Part shown: positions 39,669-51,899 of the stretch, piece after piece | How the letters are laid out: every line of letters begins with the position of its first letter | How positions within the stretch are numbered: position 1 is the stretch's first letter | NCBI GenBank assembly: GCA_010909165.1 | Contig: MU008155.1 | Location: forward strand, 1,860,001 to 1,924,000 | Length of the DNA stretch: 64,000 nt | Source: Anthoceros angustus | Taxonomy: Eukaryota; Plantae; Anthocerotophyta | Direction of reading: 5' to 3' | The notes under the pieces: model-generated | What the model saw: the letters and a program-made list of their open reading frames with translations, nothing else | Told to the model about the DNA's origin: nothing | Database searches by the model: none | Program-made: the position numbers and the translations under genes

Positions 39669-42600
39669 CGCGCTCTGCAGAGGAAGCCGCGGCGATCTGC
39701 GAGCCGCCATGGAGCACCCTCTCCCGTGCTACCCTACGAACTGTGAGTAAGTTCTCGTGCATCATTTGGCCGCAGTGCGAGCGAGGTGAGTTTCACTACG
39801 CCCGGGAATCACATCCTCCGGCCGCCCAAGTTTCTGAGCCCAAAGGTATCCTGTCGAAACAAGTATTGTGACCCTTGGCTCGGCCGGTGGCTGTAGCCCT
39901 ATCTCGGTATAGATGTACAGATCGCTGAAAATGGTTCGTGTCCGAGTAGAGAAGCCCGGTTTTGTCGACCATGTTGTCGGCTACTACGGTAAGTTGCTTT
40001 CCTTGTTTGTGTCTTTTATTGTTGCCTCTTTTCATGTGAGCACAACTTTTCGTTGCCCCCTTTGCTAACTGCATATCGTGTCTTCTCCCTCGCTCTCGGC
40101 GAGTCAAGAGCGGGTCGAAGAGGAAGAAAGCCTAGAGACCAAGGACAGAGTGTCCTATCAAGGGAGAAAGGCCAGGAATTCTCCACGTTCGGGAGAAACG
40201 TTCTCATCCAAGACTGACAGCCCTGCTTCATGGGAGAAGATTTCAGACTCATCTCCTTCTGTCAGCATGGGTTCTCATAGGTCTCCAATCCATTTTAGTA
40301 GCAGTGATCCAGATGACGACAGCAATGACTGGGGCTGCACCTAGCTGCATAGCTAGGGTTTGTTAGATGTGGCCTCTGGGTGGCCTTCATGGCTGCCCAT
40401 GCCAAGACTTTTCATGTGTCTGTTGTGAACATCCCTGCTGAGGGCCTTAGTGAACAGATCTGCTGGGTTTTCTTCGGTTGGTACATATTCCAGCATAATC
40501 ATGACTCCACGAGGTTCCGTCGTGGCGAGCCTTGAGCTCACCCTTGGGATTTTACGCTCCTTGTGTGTGTACCGGATCCGTAGCTGGACATAACGTCGCG
40601 ATGGCCAGACGTAAAACGGCCCTTAAGGTCCATTGTTTGCATATTAGTCTGTTATTACGTTCTAGCTCTCATTCTTTTAAGACTCTGGGCGTAGGCTCAC
40701 TCTCTCGGCAAGATGTTTTCTTCATCGACATCGAACTTGCTTCACGCCCAAAGCGTGTTTACAGAGATTCCATGGGAAGGTTCACGCTAGAACGCCGCCT
40801 CACCGTGAATCAAGGTCTTGATCGGTTGGTCTTGCAACAACTAGAGGGCCGCCCTAGAGACCAAGGACAGTGTCCTATCAGGAGAAAGGCCGAGAATTCT
40901 CCACGTTCGGGAGAAAGGCCGAGAATTCTCACGTTCGGGAGAAACGTTCTCATCCAAGGACATGCCATGGGAGCACCCTCTCCCGTGCTACCCTACCAAC
41001 ACAGAGTAAGTTCTCGTGCATCATTTGGCCTTGCAGTGCGAGCGAGGTGAGTTTCACTCGCTTGGGAATCACATCCTCCAAGACCGCCCAAGTTTCTGAG
41101 CCCAAAGGTATCCTGTCAGAAACAAGGATTGTGACCCTTGGCTCGGCCCGGTGGCCTGGTAGCCCTATCTGGTATAGATGTACAGCATCAGGGCTGAATA
41201 TGGTTCGTGTCCGAGTAGAGAAGTGCCCCGGTTTTGTCGACCATGTTGTCAGCTACTACAGTAAGTTGCTTTCCTTGTTTGTGTCTTTTATTGTTGCCTC
41301 TTTTCATGTGAGCACAACTGTTTCAGGTTGCCCCCCCCCTGCTAACGTCTGCATCTGCATAACTGCTCCCACTCGCTCTCGACAGGGTCTGAAGAGCGGG
41401 TCGAAGAGGAAGAAAGCCTAGAGACCAAGGACAGAGTGTCCTATCAGGGGAGAAAGGCCAGGAATTCTCCACGTTCGGGAGAAACGTTCTCATCCAAGAT
41501 GCACCACACTTCATGGGAGAAGATTTGAGACTCATCTCCTTCATCGGCATGGGTTCTCATAGGTCTCGATCCATTTTAGTAGCGATGATCCGGATGACGA
41601 CAAAGAATGATCGGGCTGCACCTGCATAGCTAGGGTTTGGTAGATGTGGCCTCTGGGTAGCCTTCATGGCTGCCCATGCCAAGACTTTTCATGTGTCTGT
41701 TGTGAACATCCCTGCTGAGGGCCTTAGTGAACAGATCTGCTGGGTTTTCTTGGTTGGTACATATTCCAGCATAATCTGTCCTGACTTGATAAGGTCCCTG
41801 ATGAAGTGATACTCCACCTCCACGTGTTTTGTGCGAGAGTGGAATACTGGATTTTGTGCCAAGTTCATTGATCCCTGATTGTCGGTCTTAATTGTGGTAC
41901 AGGTTGGAAGTGGCAGCCCTAGTTCCTTAAACATCAGCTTGCACCAAGCTATCTCCTTGGCCTGCGTGAGAACACGATTCGGCCTCGGTGCTAGATGTAG
42001 CAGATGGGCTGCTCCGACTGATTGGTCCGCTACCATGACAACGTATCCGAGGCCCGACTGCGTGTGTCGACATCACCGCATAGTCGAGTCGGTATACACA
42101 TCCACTCTAGTGGCACACGAGAATGTATCTCGAACTTAATTCCAATGTTAGATGTTCCTTTCAAATACACGACAACTCTCTTAACTCCTGTCCAATGTGT
42201 TTGTCCGGGGTTGTCAAGATATTGTGAGAGTACACTTGTGGTGTAGGCCACATCAGTCGTGTTGTGTTGGCATAGATTAGTTTGCCAACGCCCTTCACTG
42301 TAAGGGACCTCATCTCGTCCTTCTCTTCTGTGTTTGGGGCTCATGGACTTGCTAAACTTGATCCACAAGGTAAAGGGGTAGCTGCTGGTTTTGCATCCTT
42401 CAAGCCAAGCTGTTCTGCAGATTCAAGTAAATAGCGAGGTTGAATAAGAGAGATAGATCTATTCTTTCTATCTCTTTGAATTAGGACTCCCAGGCAGCTT
42501 TGTAGAGCACCGAGGTTCGTCATTTCAAACTTGGTAGCTAACAGCTTGTTAGTTCTGGTGATGAATGTGGGGCTATTGCGAGAAAGGATCAGTCATCCAC

Positions 42601-45600
42601 GTAACCGCCAAGTAGCGAGACCACATCACGGATCTATAAACATACAAGCTCATCAAACACATTTTATGAAACCCAATGCTCGCAGCTCTTCGTCTAGGAC
42701 AGCATTCCACTCAAGAGCTGATTGTTTCAGCCCGTACAGAGTCTTTATAAGGCGTAAGACATGGTCTTCCTTGCCCTTTACTTCGTATCCTGTTGGCTGC
42801 TGCATGTAGATTTCCGTGTCAAGCTTGCCATATAAAAACGCTGTCTTAACGTCAAACATGTCTAACTCATAGTCCTGATGTGCTGCCAGGGCACAGATTG
42901 TGCGGAAAGTGGCCAGCTTCATAACAGGAGCATATGTCTCGAAGTAATCAAGACCAGGCACTTGTGAAAAGCCACGAGCTACAAGTCGTGCTTTGTATCT
43001 GTCGAAGGTGTGCGCCTTCACCTTTAGTTTAAACACCCACTTGCAGGATACCACCTTTCGTCCAGGAGGTAACTTAGCAAGTTCCCATGTTCCATTTTTT
43101 ATCAAAGAGTCATACTCAGATTGGATAGCCTTCTTCCACTCAGCAGCATCAGGACGGCTAAGAGCTTCTTCGTAGGACTGAGGTTCAATGGCCAGGTCCT
43201 GAGAAGTTGCTGCATGAGCTGTTGGTTTACGAAAGTCCTGTGACTGGTAATAATCTGGTGCCCGTCTTTCTCTTGCAGGATAACGGCGCTCAGGTTGTGG
43301 AGGCTGGACAGGTTGCAAGGGCTGTTCATGTTCACCCTCTTCATCACTGTCGGGAGGATCAGCATCAGCAGCTGCATCCTCGTCAGAATCTGGATGGGGA
43401 TCAGGTGAAAGGTCAGGTGGAGGATCTGGTACAGCGGCATCTGGAGGAGGTTGGTGCTGCAAGTCAGCAAAATTTTCAGCATCTGGTGCCAAGTCCTGCT
43501 CCTGCTCATCATTTTGCTGTTCTTCCCCCCCTGCAGGGGCAACCGCCTCAGGTGCGAGATCAGGAAAAACAGTCATGTCAGGCAGGGCAGAGAGATCAAC
43601 ATCCTCCTCAGTGGGAACAGCTCCCACTAGCTGCCAAGTCCGACCTTCATTAAAGGTCACACTGCGTGAATAGACCACCTTGTTCTGAGGTACGTCGTAG
43701 AGCTTGTAAGCCTTAATACCTTCAGTATATCCTATCATTAGGAACTTCTTGGCTTTAGCAGCTAACTTGGGTCTCTTGGCCTTAGGAATGAAGGCGTATG
43801 CCACACACCCGAAGGTCCGAAGATGTAGGATTGCTGGCTTCCTGCCATAAAAGGCTTCATAGGGGGTCTGTCCTAGCACAACAGTTGTAGGCAATCTGTT
43901 GCGTAGATACACAGCTGTCATAAGGGCTTCAGCCCAGTAGGAAAGAGGCAGGGAGGCTTGATGAAGCATAGATGATACCATCTCCTGCAACGTCAGATTC
44001 AAGCGCTCAGCAACACCGTTTTGCTGCGGCGTATAAACAACTGTAAGTTGTCTGCCAATGCCCTCGTCCTTGCAAAAAGCCTGGAATTCGTTTGATGTGA
44101 ATTCTCCGCCATTGTCTGAACGTAGGGTCTTTAGGCTTTTGTCCATCTCTGCAAGCTTCATATACTCTTTAAGCAGAGAGAAACATTCACTTTTAGCTTT
44201 CAAGATGTAAGCAATGACAAATCTCGTCTTGTAATGCAGCAGAATGAAATATCGCCTCCTCCGATGGAGGGTGAAAGTGGCCCATATGTCGGTGTGCGAG
44301 TTCAAGAACTTGAAGCTCTGTGAGGAGCCTTGTTCTTGAAGGCACTGATGGCGTTTTGACACACAAGCTTCACATAGAGGTAAGGGTGGCAAGTTGCCAA
44401 TCTTCCGTCACCATACAGTCACTTACTAGTTTTGCAACTTGGCGTGAGGATGACCTAATCTAGCATGCCATAACATGGCCTTTGCTTCCTTTTATTTACG
44501 AAGACTTGGAAGCCAAATGGGCTGTGGCAGTGCTAATGTGAGTGTGCAACCAAAACAGGTCAGTGTCTAACGACCCATAGGCTAGGATCTTACGATGATC
44601 AAAAGCATCTAAGACCCTACATTCGATTGGAGTGAGCGATGTATGAAATCTGTCAAAATTCATTTTCCTAACAGAAATTAGGTTCCTAGTCATTTCAGGC
44701 ACGTGGAACACATCTGTGAGTAGAAGTGTGATGCCTGAGGGGACAGGGAGCTTGACTGTGCCGATGCCTGGACACACAAGCCTGTTATCGTCACCTAGGT
44801 AAACAAATCTGTCTTGTACTAACCTGTATGTGACGAATGCGTTTCTGTCGAAACAGATGTCTTGTTGCACCTGTATCAAGGAACCACTCTAGTATGGCTT
44901 TGCCTTGAGTATTCATTGACAGACATGTGGGATTAGTAAAAGGATGAGTAAACTCCCTGGTCCCTACTGTTAGGGCTGCAGAAGAGCCTTGTTTTGTCAC
45001 CACAACGTGTGTCTGAGAAGTGGAGTTGCCCTCCTTGCGAGGTACTCCGGACTGCTTCTTTCGACACTCACTTTCCCAATGGCCTGGAATTTGGCACCAG
45101 TGGCACTTTCCAGCCTTCTTGGATTTCTTCTGTGTAGAAGCTCCTTGCGAGCTGCTAGCACCTGAGGTATTCTGTTTACCTCTGAAGTTGGGTTTCTTAC
45201 TTTTTCCTTTGTTGTTAGTGTACAAAGCTTGCTGTTTACCAGGTCGTTTGAATTGTCCTCTTGCAGCTTCCTCTTGAAGGAGAGATCCCACAAGTTCTGC
45301 AAAAGTCGGTTTGGGGAGAGTGACACCCGCAGCTTTAGCTATCTTTTGCCCTTGCAGCTGCGAAGTGTTGTAGGAGGTCACGAAGTGTAACCATGATTCT
45401 GGGAGGCTCATCATGAAGTGCAGGATAAGTGCTGGATCCTTTACACTTTCCTGTGCAGCACTCTCGAACTTCGAGATAAGGGTTCTGAAAACTGACAGAT
45501 GTTTTTCAATAGAATCTCCTTCTTTCATTCTCAAGTTTTGTATATTTGATCTTGCCATCGAGTTGTGTCATCTGTTCAGTGCAGGTCCCGGCCCATATCT

Positions 45601-47353
45601 CTGAGGTTGTGCAACCGAGGTGCATCTCAACATATCGATCGAGACCACTCCGGATAAGGTATTGTGCGACTTCATCCTTTATTGTCCGGTATCTATAACC
45701 TTACGCTCGATGCTTGAGTACTGTGACCGCAGGAACTTCTCTTTCCGCTGGCCCATGCCCACAATCGCTTATTTTGTAATGCTCCACGCATTCTAATGAC
45801 CCAAATGTCATAGTCGCCCCAAATCTATCCTTCTCCTAAATCCCTCTCGCTAGATTAGCGTGTCACCCATGTCTAAGGCTGTTAGCCCTCCTCACGGTGA
45901 GGATATTATGGATAAGCGCTAATGCACTGTCTAACACCGCATGCATTAACGGTGGAGGATTTAGGGTTTATCGAATGCAACTAATGCATCGGCAAGAGTG
46001 CAGTGACCCACCTTTCACGAGGTAGGATAGGCTCGGTCGGGACCTTAGTAGGATGACCGTCGCCTATCAACTTCTTGTTTGATTCTCGTTCCTAATCTCC
46101 CGTGTATTGAATGAGTAGGTCAAACAAGATGGACATGAATTTGGATATTCAAATGTGTGGTGCTTGTTAGATTTAGCTGCATGCTTACATCTTGTACCCT
46201 AATCACGGGGTTAGCAAGGAGGCGAGTCTCAACAAAGTAAGCGACTTGAAATCTAGATGCCCAATCTTATCCGTGACGTAAGTCCTCGAAACACCAGCAA
46301 TTTTGTGAGTGATGTTTTCAAAGCGTCTATCTACATAACGCGCATGAGCTTCTAGCCTGGAACTTATCTGTGAAATGCTGGTATGTGGTGTGATGTTTGT
46401 GGTTAGGAAACCCCTAGGATTACCGTTACCATCAAAAGCTCTTTGCACACGCACTTCTGGGAAGTTATGTGGATTCCTTGGTGGAGGGACAAAGACCAGA
46501 TGTTGCTGATCTGGGAAGAGAGTTTCAATCAGCGTGTTGAACGACTCCCTTACTTCAAGCGCCAGAACTGGTTGATTGTGGGTGCGGCAGCCCATTCTGT
46601 CACAAATTGATGTAGCTGCTCTGCAGTTCTTCTCCTAACTGCAGCTCCTTGTGCGCCCAATCCCCTATGTTGATTTCGAGGTGCTCGAAAGGGGATCAGC
46701 CATTTTGGGCCTGCTTGTCCATCCTCAAAATTGGCCATTCATTTGGCCAGATCTTTTGTGTTTATAAAATTTCCAAGAAACATATTGTATTTTTCTATAT
46801 GATTTTATATGAAAATCGCCACTTGGCGATCGTTCTAGCGTGCACGGTGTCGATTGCTTTGCGACAATCGGCAGCGGATCGTTAGATCTGACTCCTAGAA
46901 ATGCAGAAATTTCTATATGAAAATCAAGAAAACAAATTAAAAATAGTTTCTTGAAACATTTTCTTGATTTCTTATTAGAAACTTATTTTCTAATAAAGAA
47001 ACAACACAAAAGCATGTTTATGCACATCTACATGTGCACAATTTAATGTGCATTCCTATGAATGCAATCTACACCTAGTCACGGCTCTGATACCATGACG
47101 AAATATGGAATTGGTGCAGATCAATTACGTATTGAGTAATTACATTGTATTGTTCATAAAACATATAAAGCGTCTTAAGAAAGAAATCAACTAGACTTAA
47201 TCTAGAAATGAAAAGGCATGACCTTTAGTCTAAAAGACGTAACCCTAGCGAAAGGGTAAGCAGCTAGACATTAAAAGTATACGCGTACACACTATCTATA
47301 TATGTGGACATAACGAAACCCTAAATAATGACTCAACACTTCGTCTTCCTTTA
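37345..47353 (-). mobile_element. Full-length Ty1/copia LTR retrotransposon 'B' (~7.1 kb net) nested antisense inside copia A
   Basis: LTRs 47096-47353 (5') and 37345-37586 (3'). TSD GGAAG at 37340-37344 and 47354-47358. Minus-strand PBS at 47084-47095. PPT (CAAGTGGGAG on minus) next to the 3' LTR. gag-pol at ~45870-41630 with zinc knuckle CHWCQIPGHWESEC, protease WFLDTGATRH, integrase RSDNGGEF..PQQNGVAER, RT KARLVARGFSQVPGLDY, RNase H FHSRTKHV. Confidence 0.95.
39265..41777. repeat. Tandem duplication (~1.25 kb) of the copia B RNase H end and 3' region
   Basis: GAGCCTTGAGCTCACCCTTGGG...CCAGCATAATC occurs twice (junction ~40497-40505). The RNase H C-terminus (IMLEYVPT...) is present twice. 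Confidence 0.9.
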
Positions 47354-50300
47354 GGAAGGAACCTCCTTTAGGATACCTAGCTGTTTTTGATGATCCTATA
47401 CCCCCTATATCACTTTATTCTCAAGCTGTCTATAAGGCAACTATAGACCCAGAAGAACCTCTTACCTTAAAACAAGCTTTCTCTTCTCTGAAAAGACTTA
47501 TGGAAGGTAGTAGATTACGAATATAATTCCCTAGTTAATAACTCTACATGGGAATTGGTCAAACCACCTAGGGGTAGGAAGATAGTAACCAGCAAATGGG
47601 TATTCAAAATTAAAAGAAAAGGAGATGGTTCTATAGAAAGGTATAAGGCACGTCTAGTAGCGAGGCTTTACACAAATTCTGGTCTAGATTACATACCTTG
47701 GGCCACTTATGCCCCGAGCCAAATTTGCCACACTTGAATGATATTTGCCTTATGTGCCCAACATGATCTTGAACTCCACATGATGGATGTTAAGACAGAT
47801 ATTTGTATGGGCGCAAGAGGAAATATACATGAGACAACCCGAGGGTTCTGAAGTCAAAGGCAAAGAAGATTGGGTATGCCGACTCATCAAAGGTTTGTAT
47901 GGCCTTAAGCGATCGAGAATTGGAATTTAACCATACATGTACAACTTATTGGGAGAGGATTTAAGCAAAGCCAAGGTGATGCTTGTATGTACATCCTAAT
48001 ATCTGGCAATGATATATTTTATCTTCTACTTTATGTTGATGATGTTTTTATGGCAACAAACTCCCTTACTCTCCTAGCCGAAACTAAAGCATGGCTTAGG
48101 ACTCTATTTGAGATGTCCGATCTAGGAGAAATGACATATGCACTTGGTGTTAATATTATACGAAATAGAGGTAATAAGACTCTAAGTATAGTTCAAACCA
48201 AGTATATTAAGGAGAGTTTAGCCAAATTTGGACTTGAGGATGCAAAGCACCCACACCTTTTGCAAGTGGTGTTAGGCTTACCTCGATATGAGTCCCAAAA
48301 CAATGAAGAAAAGCTAGAAATGTCAGCTCCATACCGACATGTTGGCACCCTAATATATTTTATGTAATTTTACGAGACCGATATATCTTTTGAAGTCGGC
48401 CTCGCTCACAATTCTTGGAGAATCGGACGTGAGCAATCGGATGTCTCTGTATATTCGTACCTTAAAGGCACTCTTTACACAGGACTGATGTTCAAGCATA
48501 CACCGCATCAACACATTAACACTCAAGATATGCCGATGCCGATTATCCGGTGACCCCGATACAAGAAAATCAGATCGTTACGACACGCTTGGAGGAGCTC
48601 CTATATCATGGTCAAGTAAGAAACAACCTACTATAGCTTTATCTAGCACTGAGTCTGAGTACAGAGTCCTTACCTCAGTATCCAAGGATATCGTATGGTC
48701 TAGGTTAGTTTTAAGTGAACTCCACCATTCTCAACTTAAGCCTACACCCTTATTCAGTGACAGCCAGGGCGCCATCGCACTTGCTAGGAACCCTGTTTTC
48801 CATTCTAGAACAAAGCATATAGCAGTTGAGTATCATTATATTAGAGAAAAATTAGAGGATAAAACAATAGATATAAGTTATGTTCAAACTTTAGACAATG
48901 CTGCTGATTTATTGACAAAGTCATTAGGAATTGAACTTCACAAAAAACACATGAAATGTTTAGGTATCCTGGACACCCAGTCCAAACCTTCTACCTAAAG
49001 TTCATCCTAGCAGCTAATGGGCCTATTTAAGATAACCTCAAAATTTTAGCCCATATTGTTTTATTTTTCACAAACTTATTTCTTCCTCCTCTATCTCAAA
49101 GAAGAAAATATTGTCTTTTCCTTGTTCCTCGTAGACGGTCCATAAACATCCTGATTTATATTGGAATAATAATTAATGCCAGTTTTTGTATGCATTAAAT
49201 CAACCATATATGTTTTTCCTAACATCAATCACACTTACGGAAAACATGAGTAGTGCCCTGGAAAATCCAAACTATAGGCACATTTGGTTTTGATCATATG
49301 GATTCCGTCACTTCACAAACATATGAGTATGGGACATCCACCTTGCTAGGGCCTCCTTTTGTCAATACAACTACACTTTATCATAATCACCTAATGGGAG
49401 ATATTCGATCGTAAAAGCCTATACTCTTCACTTCATTAGGCTGACCAGATAGTTGTAGTCTTCGCACCTGTGACACACAAGGATCAACAAGGTTAGAACA
49501 ATAAGCCACAAATTGAAAAGGAAACAAAACTAGAAACTCAAAATTAGGAATCAACATATACCTTTTCATTTTCCTTTTCTTTCCTTTCCTTTTCTTTTCC
49601 TTTTCCATCCTTCTTCCCCTTTCTTCTCTCCTTCATCCTCCAGCACCCGCACGCAGCCACCAACACCAAAGGAAGGGGATGGTCAGACACTTCAAAGTTG
49701 GCCATCCCCCTCACCACAACAGCCTCCATTAGCCGCTACTGCCGAGGAAGGCGCGCGCATAGGGAGGCGGGAAGGCGCGCGCATAGGGAGGCGCACCGCA
49801 TAGGGAGGCCCCATGATACCTGCAATGCAGGCATTTTTCTTTCCTAGGCCTTTCTTCACACATTGGAAGTTCTGGGGGGCCCTCTCTCCTAACAATTTCT
49901 GCAGCACAGAGGACACAAGACACACAGCAGCAACACCACAACGTCAGATTATACCAGGAGCAAGAGATTGGAGATCATCGTCAAGTTCGAAGTTGTCGTA
50001 GCCTTCTTCTTCCGAGGACTCCAAGATGATATAGGTCTTCTCCTCGACAGATTTCTGGTGTTTGAGAGCTGGTGTGTGTTCAAGAGATAGTGTGGAGCAA
50101 GCCTGCTGAAGTTTTGACAGAGATTGGGCAGGAGAAGCGGAAGATTTCGGAGAAAGATGCCCACAGAATCTCCCATGGGCATCCCTCTCCTGCAGGGACG
50201 CCCTCACGGATTGAGGGAGGCGCGCGCATAGGGAGGCGCGGGCGCCCGCGCGCCGCGCCGCGCTTCTCCGCGCCCGCGGCCGACGGCCGATCGGCGCCGC

Positions 50301-50650
50301 GGGAGGAGCGCCCTCGTCCTCTCGCCATCGCCACCTGCATTTTGATGAGGGAAGGAAGGGGAGGAGCGGGAAGGCGTGTCAGAATTCTGAAACTGACCCG
50401 TACATGGGCATGTGATGCCCATGGATGGTTAATAACCATCCATTTAAGGATTTCCTTTTTTTATAAATTGCTATTTTCCTTTTTAAGCTCAATTATAAAT
50501 ATTCTTAATTTCCAACTTAAGTTTCCTTTTACTTAATGCTTTTAAGCTCACTTGACTTTAGAACTAGTTTTCAGTTCTAGGCATATTTTGACTTATTTTG
50601 AAGCTAGAGTAATTCTCTATCATCTCACCCTAGTTCATAGTGAGTGGGAG

Positions 50651-50885
50651 TGATGAAATAGGTCACTATTAGGGCACTCTTCACTAGGGCACCTAGAACT
50701 TAATGATTTATTTATTTGGATAGGGCATTAAGTAGTTTAGGTAGTTTTCTTTAGTTGGTTACTTATGGTTATTTGTTACAACCACTAGGTGGTTATAACC
50801 ACTTCTAGCCTTCTATATAAGGCATGTACTTTCTATCAAATGTAATGCAACACATATTGCTTGAGCTTGTGTATGATTCTCATCA
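50651..50885 (+). repeat. 3' LTR of copia A
   Basis: Differs from the 5' LTR by about one 2-nt indel and one substitution on visual comparison. Followed by TSD TGACC. Confidence 0.97.
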
Positions 50886-51899
50886 TGACCCATAAGACTG
50901 GGATGGGATCAAAGTTTGCTTGAGTGGAATCAGTACCTTCTTCATGGATGCACCATTCTTTGTCCAGTAGTCCCTGTTCAGAAAGATGCGCACAGATTTC
51001 CTTCAAGGCAGTCCTCTCTCTCGAAGTGAAAGGGTTCTCGAGAATACTGCTTGGAACAATGCCTAATTCGCCGAACAATGTTTGGGTACTATCTTCAACC
51101 AACCCAGATGCTCCCTTCCCCTGGTTCTTCTTCCCTTCGGAGGCCCCTTGGGAAGCTCCACTCTTCCCTTGTGAGGTCCCATGTGCAATTGAATCTGGCT
51201 TCTGAGCACCTGATGGTTTGGACTTCACGTTTCCTGCACTACCACTAGCATTAGTCCCCTGGGGCCTACCCCGTTTCCCCGAAGCCCTTGCCTCGGCCTG
51301 TGCCTCGTTTCGCTTTCGCTTGGAGGGATGTTGCTGTGAACGATGGCCAACAACATTGGCCTGCTTCGGACGGACTGCTTGACATATATCTGGAATAAAA
51401 AATACCCAGTAACGAGATTGGCGCACATGACAGCAAACTGCCCCAACACGAGCAAAGTGAAGGGGCACAAACCTGCTATTTCTGGATGTTTGAGTCTGTG
51501 AAGGAAGGCCGTGGATCTTTTCACTAGAATCTTGCTCCTTAGACGATCCACAGCCACTCAACCAGGCACCTCCGCGCTCTCACCTGCAAATCAACGGATA
51601 GGCAGGTTCAACGAACACGACCACAATTGGTTGACCATTTTTAGGGTTAGCGGCACGGTGCACACTTCGTATGCATGTTCACTGAAAGCGTGCTTTGCGA
51701 CAACAAAAACAGGTCCATCGGAGCCCAATTGTATGTGGGTGTGTGGCTAGCAAGGCTTTGTGTAAACGATCTGGACTCGGAAACCCCCTGTTGGGATGTG
51801 CCTTGAAGTGTTTTTTTTGTTTTTTGGTCGAGTGTGCTGTGAAAATAAGTCAGGTTGACAGTAGGCAAAGGTATTTATAAAAGAAACGTCCTTGGCCTA

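Larger units (their letters stand above)
32384..50885 (+). mobile_element. Full-length Ty1/copia LTR retrotransposon 'A' (~7.2 kb net) containing two nested insertions
   Basis: LTRs 32384-32620 and 50651-50885 (TG...CA, nearly identical). 5-bp TSD TGACC on both sides. PBS TGGTATCAGAGC at 32621-32632. PPT GTGAGTGGGAG before the 3' LTR. gag from 33407, then LWHCRLGH, RSDNGGEF..TPQQNGVAE (integrase), KWVFKIK..YKARLVA and LLYVDD (RT), FHSRTKHI (RNase H), ending at 48998. Many frameshifts. Confidence 0.97.
32068..51561 (-). pseudogene. Unknown ORF of the TIR element, split by copia A (pieces 50886-51561 and 32068-32383)
   Basis: Removing copia A and one TSD copy gives ...QANFDPIPVLWV-NGYMDVLKTQKIVGGNILSAW... 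in frame. Confidence 0.7.
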
